Positions 17,017 to 27,474 of a stretch of 64,000 nt of DNA are shown here, one piece after another. The stretch's first letter is position 1. The number at the start of each line of letters is the position of its first letter. The notes beneath the pieces were generated by a model, which did no database searches, was not told the DNA's origin, and was given only the letters and a program-made list of their open reading frames with translations. Location: positions 1-64,000 of IMG/VR virus record IMGVR_UViG_3300026484_000002; one strand, written 5' to 3'. The position numbers and the translations under genes were made by a program. Source of the DNA: a virus.

Positions 17017-18867
17017 ATGTCAAAAATAACAAAAGAAGAATTTGAAGAATTAAAAGTTCTCTATGGTGAAGATGAAGCAAAAAACTTAACAAGTGGCAAT
17101 GTGGATGAAGATACAAAAGAAGATTTTGTAAAGCTTATTGCAGATAGCAATGATGACACTTTCGATATAGATCTTGCTTTAGATTCATATGATGCTAGTT
17201 TCCCTGGATATACTCCAAGTGATAATGCTTTAGAGTTTTTCAATCTAATGAGATTAGTGCAAGGTGGAGATTTTGAATTTAAAACACCATTAGCACATTA
17301 TTTTATGGTGGATCTATTATTGAATGAAATTCATGATGTTCATCTATTCCCCTTTAGCGATGAAGTTTGTGAACAAATAGAGATAAATCATTTAAGAATA
17401 TCTTTTTGTTGTTCAAGGGGTGTTGCAAAGAGTACAGTTGTTATATCATTTTTTGGAGTATATAGTGCTATTAAAGGAAAACTTCCTAATGGTATAGGTA
17501 AAGTATATTTCTACCTTATATTAGCTGCATCAACAAGAGGTGGAGCTAGAACCAATGCTTTAGCTGTTCGAGCAATGTGTGAGGATAGTGTATTTATTAA
17601 TAACTATTTTGAGAGTGTTAGATATACTGAAACGGAAACTGAATTTGTTAGAAAAGGAACAGGACCAAAAAAAGATAGATCGTTTATGATTAGATATGCT
17701 GGTATTGGTACAGGGGTTCGTGGTATTAGATATGGTGAAAGAAGACCTGATTTAATTGAGATGGACGATATAATCCTTAATGAATCAGCTGCATATTCTA
17801 AAACAATTAGTGATAATATAGATAGTATAATTTATTCTGATTCAGAAGCTGCCCTTAAGGGTGGAGGAAACGGTAGAATTATTATGACATTTACACCATT
17901 TCATTATAAAGATAATAATGTTAGAACCATCACTTCTAAGACTTATACTCCATGTTTAATTCCTATTGCAAATACTTTTGATACAGAGAATGTAAAACTT
18001 AAAGATATTGTCAGCTCATGGGAAGCTATGCACCCAGCTAAAACAATATTGTCAATGGTTATAAATTCTAAAAGATCCAATAAAATGAAATCATTTATGC
18101 AGGAAAGAATGCTTAGACTAACAAGTAATACTAACAGATTGGTTCCAGACAGTTGTTTCAAATATTATGATGCAAAAAATGTAATAAACAATTTATGGGC
18201 ATACAATATATATATTACAACTGACTATACTACAACAAGTGGAGAAAATTCAGATTACAGTGGAATAGCTGCATGGGCTATTAGCAATAATGGAGATTAT
18301 TTTTTATTGGATCTGTATTTACGCAAAATGGGAATGAAAGAACAATATGCTAAGACATTGGATCTAGCTGCTAAATATAAAAGAATGGGTAGATATGTTG
18401 AAATCGGTGTAGAAATAGATGGAAATCAAGGAGCTCATGTTTATTCATTAGAGCAAGAGATGATGAAAAGAGCAGATTATTATACATTTGCTAGAGATAG
18501 AAATAATAAGAGTAATGAAAGAAAAGGTATTTTGAGTAGAAGTAGTGGAGTTAAAAAACATGAAAGATTTAGAATAGCGGTAACTGATTCTTTGCTAGTT
18601 GGTAAAATGTATTTTCCAGAACACTTAAAAGATACTGATGATTTTAAAGAATTTCTGCAACAAATAAAAGGTGCTACTCATGAAGGATTTACTAGATCTG
18701 ATGATGGTCCAGATTTAATAACTCAGTTAGTAACATTGATTGACATTATTATTCCTGCAGTAGAACCAATGATGAATCCAGAAAATAACCTAGATAGAAT
18801 AGATGCGTCTATATGGGGACATATTGATGATGATGAAAGTAATTCTGGTAGTAGTGAAATATTTTAA
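17017..18867 (+). CDS. terL: terminase large subunit (N4 gp68-like)
   Basis: CSRGVAKST P-loop, GVRG..RPDLIEMDD, nuclease motifs TTDY, DYSG and DDGPD. Confidence 0.9.
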   Translation: MSKITKEEFEELKVLYGEDEAKNLTSGNVDEDTKEDFVKLIADSNDDTFDIDLALDSYDASFPGYTPSDNALEFFNLMRLVQGGDFEFKTPLAHYFMVDLLLNEIHDVHLFPFSDEVCEQIEINHLRISFCCSRGVAKSTVVISFFGVYSAIKGKLPNGIGKVYFYLILAASTRGGARTNALAVRAMCEDSVFINNYFESVRYTETETEFVRKGTGPKKDRSFMIRYAGIGTGVRGIRYGERRPDLIEMDDIILNESAAYSKTISDNIDSIIYSDSEAALKGGGNGRIIMTFTPFHYKDNNVRTITSKTYTPCLIPIANTFDTENVKLKDIVSSWEAMHPAKTILSMVINSKRSNKMKSFMQERMLRLTSNTNRLVPDSCFKYYDAKNVINNLWAYNIYITTDYTTTSGENSDYSGIAAWAISNNGDYFLLDLYLRKMGMKEQYAKTLDLAAKYKRMGRYVEIGVEIDGNQGAHVYSLEQEMMKRADYYTFARDRNNKSNERKGILSRSSGVKKHERFRIAVTDSLLVGKMYFPEHLKDTDDFKEFLQQIKGATHEGFTRSDDGPDLITQLVTLIDIIIPAVEPMMNPENNLDRIDASIWGHIDDDESNSGSSEIF

Positions 18868-18891
18868 ATAGAAATATTCTTATTCAATTTA

Positions 18892-18900
18892 TGGTATAAT
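18892..18900 (+). promoter_or_regulatory. extended -10 promoter
   Basis: TGGTATAAT upstream of the structural genes. Confidence 0.55.
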
Positions 18901-18915
18901 ACTTGCAATTAAATA

Positions 18916-19560
18916 ATGCAAGGTAGAATAATGACTGCACAGGATGTAATAAATTTAGCAAAGAATGCCGAGTTAAAACAATTGGCAGTCAGGACTGATG
19001 ATTCAGCAGTATTAGGTTTTGTAAATCTAGGATTGCTTGAATTATACAAACGATTTCCACTTAAAGAAGCTGAAGCAATTATTACTTTGCGAGATGGAAA
19101 AACTACATATAAATTAGATGGAACAGATCCAGATGTTTCTACAGATTCAGATAAAGAACTTTTAATAATTACAGGAGCCTATACTACTTCAGATGATGGA
19201 TTTGTAGAAGAAATGACAATGAATGATGAAGATGATATAATGGGTATAAACACACCTAGTTATAACACAGTTGAAATTCCAGCTACAGCTGAGGGTGTTC
19301 TTGTATCTATTATTTACAGAGCAACACCTAAATTTATTACTTCTGTTGATGACTTGCTTCCACTACCACCACAATTATTGGAAGCATTACTAAACTATGT
19401 AGGATATAGAGGACATGGATCTGTAAGTGGAGAATTGAATACTGAAAATCAATCTCATTATGTTAGGTTTGAGAATAGTTGCAAACGAGTTATTTTAGAA
19501 GGTTTAATTACATCAGATGATTTAGTATCTAAAAAATTCAAAAATAGAGGATTTGTATAA
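18916..19560 (+). CDS. virion structural protein (N4 gp67-like adaptor)
   Basis: Position after terL; NLGLLELYKRF and C-terminal FKNRGFV resemble that family. Confidence 0.7.
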   Translation: MQGRIMTAQDVINLAKNAELKQLAVRTDDSAVLGFVNLGLLELYKRFPLKEAEAIITLRDGKTTYKLDGTDPDVSTDSDKELLIITGAYTTSDDGFVEEMTMNDEDDIMGINTPSYNTVEIPATAEGVLVSIIYRATPKFITSVDDLLPLPPQLLEALLNYVGYRGHGSVSGELNTENQSHYVRFENSCKRVILEGLITSDDLVSKKFKNRGFV

Positions 19561-20552
19561 TGAGAAAAATTAGTTCTTTAGTATCTACTGAAGCTGCCAT
19601 AGATAGATTAACTACTAAAACAGATTACGACAATATAGTTGTAGTAAAAGAAAAATTAAGTGAAATAAGTTCTGTTGCTAACAACATGTCTGCTGTTGTA
19701 GATGTAGCTAGTGTTGCAACTGTAATTCAAGATGTTATAGATATGAAAGTAGCTCTTGATAGTATCTATGCTGATAAATATATATTTACAAGTTTGTATG
19801 ATGATAAAGAAACTTTTGATAGTTTGTATGCTGACAAAGCTACTCTTGATAGTATTTTAAATGATAAAGCTACACTAGATAGCTTATACAATGACAAAAC
19901 TACATTAGACAGATTATTTACATCTATAGCAAATATAGACAGAGTTTTTAGCTCAATAGATAATATTGATATTGTAAAAAATCATACAGATGCTATAGAT
20001 ACAAATGCATCAAATATAGCCAATATTGACACGACTGCAACAAATATAAATAATGTAAATATTGTTTCAAATAATATCTCAGATGTAAATGCTGTTGCTC
20101 CAGTAGTATCGGATGTAACAACAGTTGCCGATCAACGTGACAATATTGTAAAGATAGTTTCAGATGTTATTCCGAATATGGATGAGATTTTATTAGCTGA
20201 CAACAATGCTGTAATAGCTACTAATAAAGCTGAAGAATCAAGATTAAATAGAGAAGCTGCATTTTTAAGTGAAGTAAATGCTAAAACTTCTGAAACAAAT
20301 GCAAAAGACAGTGAGACTACTGCTAAAAATGCAGTAAACACAATTAAAACACTTTCAGCAGAAACTGGTAGTTATGATTCAATGGTTGAGTATGATGAAG
20401 ATAACAATGTTATTACTATACCTAGAGGAACTCCTGGAGAAAATGGAATGACACCAAATTATGAATTTACATACAACAGTGATACCGGTGATTTAGAATA
20501 TGCACTTACAGGCTATACTTCTGAAAGTGTTACTATAGTAGAGGAGGTATAA
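19560..20552 (+). CDS. tail fibre-related coiled-coil protein
   Basis: 10-aa repeats (LDSLYADKAT-like), N/I-rich coiled coil, IPRGTPG. Confidence 0.7.
   Translation: MRKISSLVSTEAAIDRLTTKTDYDNIVVVKEKLSEISSVANNMSAVVDVASVATVIQDVIDMKVALDSIYADKYIFTSLYDDKETFDSLYADKATLDSILNDKATLDSLYNDKTTLDRLFTSIANIDRVFSSIDNIDIVKNHTDAIDTNASNIANIDTTATNINNVNIVSNNISDVNAVAPVVSDVTTVADQRDNIVKIVSDVIPNMDEILLADNNAVIATNKAEESRLNREAAFLSEVNAKTSETNAKDSETTAKNAVNTIKTLSAETGSYDSMVEYDEDNNVITIPRGTPGENGMTPNYEFTYNSDTGDLEYALTGYTSESVTIVEEV
19752..19915 (+). repeat. degenerate 30-nt coding tandem repeat
   Basis: ALDSIYADKY/IFTSLYDDKE/TFDSLYADKA/TLDSILNDKA/TLDSLYNDKT. Confidence 0.65.
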
Positions 20553-20554
20553 TA

Positions 20555-21118
20555 ATGGGAGTTATAACAAATTTAGACACACTCATAGATGATACAGTAG
20601 CAACAAGATTAGACGAATTAGATGCAACAGTAACAACCCTAAGTTTTGATACAGACACAGACACATTGTCTTATGTTGATGAAGAGGGAACCACTACAGA
20701 TGTTGACTTATCCAAATATATAGATGATACAAATTTAGCAAGAATTACTTCCGCTTCATTAGATAGTGAAACTGGTGAAGTAACTTTTACTAGAGATGAT
20801 GATAGTACTTTTACATTGGATCTGAGTAATTTATTTGTGCCTGTTGATGGCGGTACAGATGGTACTGACGGTACTGATGGACTAATGACGGATAGTGATA
20901 AATTCAAGCTAGATGGCATAGAGTCTGAAGCAGAAGTTAATGTTCAGTCTGATTGGACTACTACTGATACCGATGATGATAGTTACATAAAGAACAAACC
21001 TTTTGTAGCAGCTCAAGTGCAAACAGCAACTAGTGATGTAATTTATGATGATTCTGAAACTGATAAGAATTATAGATTGCGAGTAATTAATGGTGATATA
21101 GCATTGGAGGAATTGTAG
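20555..21118 (+). CDS. acidic tail fibre-associated protein
   Basis: GLMTDSDKFKLDGI and NVQSDW...YIKNKP segments typical of phage fibre proteins. Confidence 0.7.
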   Translation: MGVITNLDTLIDDTVATRLDELDATVTTLSFDTDTDTLSYVDEEGTTTDVDLSKYIDDTNLARITSASLDSETGEVTFTRDDDSTFTLDLSNLFVPVDGGTDGTDGTDGLMTDSDKFKLDGIESEAEVNVQSDWTTTDTDDDSYIKNKPFVAAQVQTATSDVIYDDSETDKNYRLRVINGDIALEEL

Positions 21119-21119
21119 C

Positions 21120-21365
21120 ATGGCAACAGGTGATATAATAACATTAGCCAGTAAAGATTTTGTAAATAATCAATTAAATATTGGTTTAGATGATATGAAT
21201 ACAACTCAGCAACAAGCACTGGATCTTAAGGCAAATATAGCAGGGCAAGTGTTTACTGGAAATGTGACAGTACCTAATTTAATTACAAGTGGAACAATTG
21301 ATGGTAGAGATGTGAGTGTAGATGGTGCTGTTTTAGACAGTTTAATAGCAGTAGAGGAGATATAA
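21120..21365 (+). CDS. small tail fibre-associated protein
   Basis: LKANIAGQVFTG, IDGRDVSVDG fibre-type segments. Confidence 0.65.
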   Translation: MATGDIITLASKDFVNNQLNIGLDDMNTTQQQALDLKANIAGQVFTGNVTVPNLITSGTIDGRDVSVDGAVLDSLIAVEEI

Positions 21366-24300
21366 ATGAAAATATTAAATAAGAATAGTACTGGATCTAG
21401 AAGTAGAGCTTTAACAGAACGAGAGGTAATGCAAGAGCTGACCCCTGGTGATAAGAACTATGGTAAAATTGCTGTAGGTACAGATGGAACCTATGAAGGT
21501 GAGGTACTAATAGGTAAGGATAGTGATGTACAGAACACACTAGCTAATATAGATGCTACTCACCCATTTAATGGTTATGTCGGTAGCAAGAAAGATATGA
21601 GATTTGAAACATCTACCAACAATATTCTTAAAGTTGCTAATATGCAAGAACAGTATATTGTTGATGGCAAAGTAGTTGATATATTGGGTGAAGAGTTGGT
21701 TGTTAATGGAGACTTTAGTGAAGATGTAGAAATAACAAATACAAGTCATAACTTAGGCATTGATTATGCTGTTAAATTATATCAGGTTTCTCTTTCAATA
21801 AGCAATATTACAGCTGATGTTTCATTTAAGACAAGAAGAACAACTGCTTATTACGATACACACAAAGTAATTTCGGAGAATGGGTTTTATACTTTTTTCA
21901 TAGATAGTCATTTTGCTCACCCTGAAATTAATTACAATGGTTTAATTGTTATAGAATCTTCTTCTTCTTTTGTTATCAACAACATCTCAGTAAGAGAAAT
22001 ATCTGCAATAGACCTAAATATAACAAATGATAGAACAGGATTTAATGGAGAGGGCAATAACTCCTTTGTGCCTCATGTGCATGTAGTAGGATTTGACCCA
22101 ATTAGTACAGGTTCAATTACAGGAAACAGAGTTGCTACAGATGCACAGATAGGAACTATACTAGATAACATCCCTGCTCAAACAGCTAACACTAGAATCA
22201 AATGTAGAGTTAAGTCTACAACAGATGGTATCAAAGTAGAAATACTCGATAAGTCAGATAGTGATGCAGTAGTTAGAATTCAGACAGTAAATGGTACAGG
22301 TGCTGAAACACTTACATTTACATTACCAGTTAATAATGATGGTTATAAAGTTAAAGCTACCAAGATTACTAATGATGGTGTAGATAGTGATGATGCTGAT
22401 GAGAGAATAGATGTTACTGCTGAAGTTAGTACAGGATTGGTTGTTGATGGTAAGGTTAAACGAGGAGATTATGTTGTAGTTGATAAGGAAGAGTTGGTTA
22501 CCAATGGTACATTTGAAGATGTAGCTGATGGAGAAGTTGGACACGATAATGGAGATGGTACAGTAGATGGATGGGAGGATACTCAATATGATTATATCGA
22601 CTTATCTGTAGTAGGTGGAGAGCTTAAAGTATACATTACAGCAAATACAAAGGCAGCAATACACCATATTGATGGGCTAGTAGCAGGTGTTAAATATAGT
22701 CTTAGCTTTGATGCATACATGACACAAGGTGACAACTATCAACTGCGATTACCAAACACTGTTGAGAATACTACAATATTATATACAAACAGTAGTAAAG
22801 CTACACACAGTATCATATTTACAGCTACGGAAGGTTTTGTAACGTTTATGTTGAGAAACACAGCTGATGTTACTACTACATTTTACACTGACAACATCTC
22901 AGTACAAATAGCAGATGACACTTTCAAAGCAATAGAAGATACAGATGATGGAGAAAGTTTAAGTTCAAGTAAATTCAAACCAGCTGATTACATATCTAAT
23001 CAAGTATTTGTAGGTATGAAAGATGATGGTACATATACTTATGATGTATTGATGAATGATGCTTATGCTAAAGAGAGTACAACTGAAACTTTGACTAACA
23101 ATGGCTATGCTAGTTTAGGTGGAGGATTGTTTAGCAAAGGTAGTGATGTTATTACTCCTATCGGTAGATGGCAGACATTAAATAAGGGTGCTTATCATCC
23201 TATGCTGAGTCCGTTTTCTTGTGTAAGACATGCAAGAACAAAAGGAAGCACAAATGGAAATGCTTCAAATAAATGGTATGAGAGTGCAGTATTTAAAATA
23301 GCCGAAAATACAGCAGACTTATTTACTGTGTCTGCTGATGGAGGAAGCTTACACGATATTTACGAAAGTGTAGGAATAAGTTCTTCTGGAGGAGTTGGGT
23401 TAGGAAGACCAGACTCTAAATTCTTTGATATAGTTTATCCTAGCCAATGGTTAGACATGCGATACTCATCAACTAAAACAAACTTACCAGAATTAGCTAG
23501 TAAAGAATTTAGCGATGGAGTTAGTGGTAAGGGTGGAGTTTGTGATGCTGTTGGGATGATCGCTGCAATAGAAACATTAGGAAGTTCTACTCAAACTAAG
23601 ATAGGTCTACAAAAGAAAAACTTTACTACATTCCCCACATATTTATATGGAACAACAGGTTATCATGAAGGACAAGCTTTTGTCTTTAAAGACTTCAATA
23701 CTGAAGATGCTGGTAATTGGTATTTGAATATTGATAGAACCATAGATTTAGTTATTGAAAAAGATGTATTTTTCACAAAACAACTACCAATAACACAAGT
23801 AGGAGAACAATTTGTAACTAGAGCATATTGTGATCCTAGTTTATACCCACAAATACTAAAAGATAAACTTGCAAATGAGCAAGTAGTAGCTGGAGTAGAA
23901 CCTGCGTTGATTGATCAGAATGGTAATAATATAACACCAGCAGGACAAACTGAATTTTTATTATGTAACACTAAGGCTAAAAAAGTTCATAATGTTATAG
24001 TAAGTACAAATCCTGAAGAAGATAAACCTACATATAGCTCAGAAACAGTAGTTGCTGATTATGTAGAAAATAAGATAACTCAAACATTAAATACAGGTGA
24101 TCTTGCATTAGTAAGCAGTACTGACTCAATCCCAGTAGCTACAATACAAGACTCTAAACAAACTGAATATGTATTAGAGAAGTATGTTGCCACAAATAGT
24201 AATGAGATATCATTAGGGAATAACATCACATCTTTGATTGGTGTCGGTACTGGTACAGGCGCATCAGAGACGAATACAATAGGTAATGTAATAGTTGATA

Positions 24301-24713
24301 CAGATGGATTAATAGTTACAGAACCAAGTCATAAAACTATAACATTAGACAATTCAGGAGACAAAGCATCTAAAGCATTCCTAACAATAGCATCAGATGA
24401 CAACAATGAGTTATATGCTCAATGGATGATTGAAGAACTAGCTAGTGGTTGGGATGGTACTAGTACATTTGAAGATGATACGACAACTGAATTGACTATA
24501 GACAAAGTGTATCAAGAGCAAACATCAAAACTATTATATAGAGCATTAGCAGATAAGATAACTGTATCAGACACTGCAACATGGTCTAATCCATTTGACG
24601 GAGATAGTGGAGAGTTTGAACAGCTTACTAATGGCGTTGCAACAGATGTTAATGGAAATACTATCCGAACTATTATTGCTTCAACTCCACTAAATTTACT
24701 TAAGGATGTATAG
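21366..24713 (+). CDS. tail fibre / receptor-binding protein with CBM-like modules
   Basis: 1115 aa, beta-rich; two EELV(V/T)NG(D/T)F...NISV modules. Confidence 0.7.
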   Translation: MKILNKNSTGSRSRALTEREVMQELTPGDKNYGKIAVGTDGTYEGEVLIGKDSDVQNTLANIDATHPFNGYVGSKKDMRFETSTNNILKVANMQEQYIVDGKVVDILGEELVVNGDFSEDVEITNTSHNLGIDYAVKLYQVSLSISNITADVSFKTRRTTAYYDTHKVISENGFYTFFIDSHFAHPEINYNGLIVIESSSSFVINNISVREISAIDLNITNDRTGFNGEGNNSFVPHVHVVGFDPISTGSITGNRVATDAQIGTILDNIPAQTANTRIKCRVKSTTDGIKVEILDKSDSDAVVRIQTVNGTGAETLTFTLPVNNDGYKVKATKITNDGVDSDDADERIDVTAEVSTGLVVDGKVKRGDYVVVDKEELVTNGTFEDVADGEVGHDNGDGTVDGWEDTQYDYIDLSVVGGELKVYITANTKAAIHHIDGLVAGVKYSLSFDAYMTQGDNYQLRLPNTVENTTILYTNSSKATHSIIFTATEGFVTFMLRNTADVTTTFYTDNISVQIADDTFKAIEDTDDGESLSSSKFKPADYISNQVFVGMKDDGTYTYDVLMNDAYAKESTTETLTNNGYASLGGGLFSKGSDVITPIGRWQTLNKGAYHPMLSPFSCVRHARTKGSTNGNASNKWYESAVFKIAENTADLFTVSADGGSLHDIYESVGISSSGGVGLGRPDSKFFDIVYPSQWLDMRYSSTKTNLPELASKEFSDGVSGKGGVCDAVGMIAAIETLGSSTQTKIGLQKKNFTTFPTYLYGTTGYHEGQAFVFKDFNTEDAGNWYLNIDRTIDLVIEKDVFFTKQLPITQVGEQFVTRAYCDPSLYPQILKDKLANEQVVAGVEPALIDQNGNNITPAGQTEFLLCNTKAKKVHNVIVSTNPEEDKPTYSSETVVADYVENKITQTLNTGDLALVSSTDSIPVATIQDSKQTEYVLEKYVATNSNEISLGNNITSLIGVGTGTGASETNTIGNVIVDTDGLIVTEPSHKTITLDNSGDKASKAFLTIASDDNNELYAQWMIEELASGWDGTSTFEDDTTTELTIDKVYQEQTSKLLYRALADKITVSDTATWSNPFDGDSGEFEQLTNGVATDVNGNTIRTIIASTPLNLLKDV

Positions 24714-25493
24714 ATGACTAAATTAGAAAAAATAGACTTGGCTTTATCGAAAGGTAAAGTTCAAGGTGCTAAACAACTACTTAAAGAATATTATCAAGCA
24801 GAAGACAAAGCTGCTTGGGATAAAGCTAGACATGAAGAGTATGAGGCACTGTACCCGTCAATGAGAGACATGACAGATGATGAAAAAGCTAAATATGATG
24901 AAGCTAATTTTACTGAGGATAATCCTAAACCTGATGAGTTTGAGTACCTACAAGTAAAGATAGAATATATTGCTACAGATGAAGATGGCAATGAGGTTAG
25001 AACGCCAGAAGACTATCTAACATATACTGAGTGGCTAAATGAAACTAAAGTCGTTAAAGAGGCTGTATATGACGATGACGGAATATTAGTTGAACCAGAA
25101 GAAACTGAACCTATAAGACCTTATGCAACAGCGGAAATTACAGAAGATAGAATTAATAGTTATGAACCCCTTGCTGCTTATCTCAAAGAAAAAGCTAAGG
25201 TAGAAAAGCAGAAAACATTAGATACATTATCTGTAACTGCAAATACAGTAGCTTATGATGCAAATGGTAAAGCTATCTCTAATATGGGTGCAGTAGTTAG
25301 TCTTGCTAATTATAAATTTAATAAAGCATTAGCTGATGATACAAGTGCAAAAGATGCTTACCAATCTATTTATAAAGATACTACAATAGGTTGGAAAGGC
25401 TATGACAATTTGGTTCATCAAGTAGAAGTTGAAAGTATTTGTGAAGCACTTGAATTGGGTATGCAAGAAGTTGCAAAAGTTGTAGGAGTATAA
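24714..25493 (+). CDS. tail fibre assembly-type protein (DUF4376-like C-terminus)
   Basis: Follows the fibre gene; YDANGKAISNM...WKGYDN resembles ORF 37504. Confidence 0.6.
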   Translation: MTKLEKIDLALSKGKVQGAKQLLKEYYQAEDKAAWDKARHEEYEALYPSMRDMTDDEKAKYDEANFTEDNPKPDEFEYLQVKIEYIATDEDGNEVRTPEDYLTYTEWLNETKVVKEAVYDDDGILVEPEETEPIRPYATAEITEDRINSYEPLAAYLKEKAKVEKQKTLDTLSVTANTVAYDANGKAISNMGAVVSLANYKFNKALADDTSAKDAYQSIYKDTTIGWKGYDNLVHQVEVESICEALELGMQEVAKVVGV

Positions 25494-25495
25494 TT

Positions 25496-25984
25496 ATGAC
25501 TGCAACAGTAGCATTTTATATAGGAGGTGGATCCACGATTGATAAATTTATCAGTTGGTGGACTGCTGACTTTAAAGACAAGTTTAATGGTAAATGGGAA
25601 CTAATTCCAAGTCATGTAGAAATCAGTTTTGATAAAGTTAGCTGGTGGTCAGCTTCTACACGTAATGGTGTATTTAGAAAAAAGATTATACAACTTAATC
25701 AAGATAAATGGAGATTATATAGCTTTGAGGTGTCAAAAGAAGAATCTGATGCAATGATAGCAAAAGCTAGAAATTTTTTAGGTATGCAATATGACTGGGC
25801 TAACATAATATTCTCTGATGGACTAAAATTAGATATAGGTGCAAAAAACAAATTGACTTGTGATGAAAGTGTAGCTAGAATATTATTATTGTGCTGGGTA
25901 GGTGGAGGATTAAACAAAATAAATAATCTAAATCCTAAAAGATTAGAAGAATATATTTCAAATATACTCAAAGAGGCACCATGA
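25496..25984 (+). CDS. permuted NlpC/P60-like (papain-fold) protein
   Basis: His before Cys order: SHVE ... YDW ... TCDE. Confidence 0.65.
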   Translation: MTATVAFYIGGGSTIDKFISWWTADFKDKFNGKWELIPSHVEISFDKVSWWSASTRNGVFRKKIIQLNQDKWRLYSFEVSKEESDAMIAKARNFLGMQYDWANIIFSDGLKLDIGAKNKLTCDESVARILLLCWVGGGLNKINNLNPKRLEEYISNILKEAP

Positions 25985-26592
25985 CAGAAGAAACAATGAA
26001 AGACTTGCTAACACGACATGATGATGCAATAATTAAACAAGATACAACTATTAAAGCACTAGTTATTAGTGTTGAACATCTAGTGAGTGCTCAAACAGAA
26101 ACTAATGAACAGTTAAAAGATATCAGTAAATACTTAGCTAAACAAGCTATATTTAGCAATAAACTTGAGACTATAGATAGAGAAATAAAAGAGTCTTTTG
26201 AAAGACGAGACAAAGAATTAGTAGAAAAAACTAAGAGAATTCACTTGCGTATAGATGAGATGGATGTGTTGCAAAAATCAGAAAATGGATGCAACAGTGT
26301 TCGTCTTCTGCATAAAGATGTAGAATCGCTTACTAGAGATATGACTAGATTAATAGGTGTTACAGAAGAGCATAGGATGAGTATAGAACAATTAGATAAA
26401 AACGATAGCAATAAAATCTCACCAACTACTATTAGATGGGCAGTTGGATTAACCATATTATACTCTATATCATTTGGAACTTATGTGGTTCAGGCATTTA
26501 GTAAAGTAGATGCAATAAATTCAAGAATAACTGTACTCTTAGAAAGAAACATAAAAGATACTACAGATCTTATGCACAGAAAGGATAGATAA
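25981..26592 (+). CDS. coiled-coil membrane protein (lysis cassette)
   Basis: Long coiled coil plus one TM segment near the C-terminus. Confidence 0.6.
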   Translation: MTEETMKDLLTRHDDAIIKQDTTIKALVISVEHLVSAQTETNEQLKDISKYLAKQAIFSNKLETIDREIKESFERRDKELVEKTKRIHLRIDEMDVLQKSENGCNSVRLLHKDVESLTRDMTRLIGVTEEHRMSIEQLDKNDSNKISPTTIRWAVGLTILYSISFGTYVVQAFSKVDAINSRITVLLERNIKDTTDLMHRKDR

Positions 26593-26978
26593 TGTGGGGA
26601 ACAATAGCAAACATATTTACAGGTGGAGCTACTAAGGCAGTTGAAAATATTGCTAAAGAGTGGATTGACACAGACTTAGAAAAAGCAAAAGCAGGACATA
26701 TTGATGCTGAAGCTAAGTCTCTGTTTGTTAAAGTGTTGGATCCAAATGGCAAAATGAGAAGAAACTTGGCAACATTTGCTAGTTGGGCGTACGGGTATTA
26801 TTTGTTTGTAACATCAATTCTCATCTTTATAGTAGCTTTTAAGCTAGGAGATGTTGATGGAGCTAAATTAGCGTCTAAATTAATGACAGACCTCTTCACT
26901 CCTATAACTGCCTCATGGGCTACAATAGTAACTGCATCGTTTGGCGTGAATAGTATAAATGTAGTAAAAGGAAAATAA
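26592..26978 (+). CDS. holin
   Basis: 128 aa, TM segments, directly before the endolysin. Confidence 0.7.
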   Translation: MWGTIANIFTGGATKAVENIAKEWIDTDLEKAKAGHIDAEAKSLFVKVLDPNGKMRRNLATFASWAYGYYLFVTSILIFIVAFKLGDVDGAKLASKLMTDLFTPITASWATIVTASFGVNSINVVKGK

Positions 26979-26981
26979 AAA

Positions 26982-27395
26982 ATGCATTCAAAACATTTTA
27001 AAATTCATGAGTTAGTACCAAAAAAGATGTATGAGAAATATGGTGAAGCTGCTTGGAGATATGTGGATCCAAGGCTAGTAGAAAGTATTGATAAGTTGAA
27101 AGAACATTTCAATTTAGGAACTATGACTATAAATAATTATTTTTGGGGAGGGAACCGAGAATGGAGTGGGATAAGAACGCCAGATAGCCCTTATTATAGC
27201 TATGGGTCTCAGCATAGTTATGGTAATGCATTTGATATTGTATTTAGTAATTACAATGCTGAAGAAGTTAGACAATATATACTTGAAAATCAAAATCATT
27301 TTCCATATATAAGAAGACTTGAAGACAAAGTGAATTGGATTCATCTAGATGTAGCAAATACTGGCAAAAAAGAAATAGTATTATTTAATCCATAA
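26982..27395 (+). CDS. endolysin, peptidase M15 family
   Basis: SGIR...SQHSYGNAFD...WIHLD zinc-peptidase motifs. Confidence 0.85.
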   Translation: MHSKHFKIHELVPKKMYEKYGEAAWRYVDPRLVESIDKLKEHFNLGTMTINNYFWGGNREWSGIRTPDSPYYSYGSQHSYGNAFDIVFSNYNAEEVRQYILENQNHFPYIRRLEDKVNWIHLDVANTGKKEIVLFNP

Positions 27396-27436
27396 TTTTA
27401 TAACATAAATATGCTCAATACAATAAAGTTTATTTA

Positions 27437-27445
27437 TGTTATAAT
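27437..27445 (+). promoter_or_regulatory. extended -10 promoter
   Basis: TGTTATAAT upstream of the portal gene. Confidence 0.55.
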
Positions 27446-27474
27446 ACAAACAATAAAGAGTAAGGACCAGCTAT

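Noticed and set aside
20540-21365. Three consecutive tail proteins ending in EEV, EEL and EEI, considered as a C-terminal sorting signal
   Set aside because: Adequately explained by the next gene's GAGGAG/GGAGGA SD embedded in the last codons
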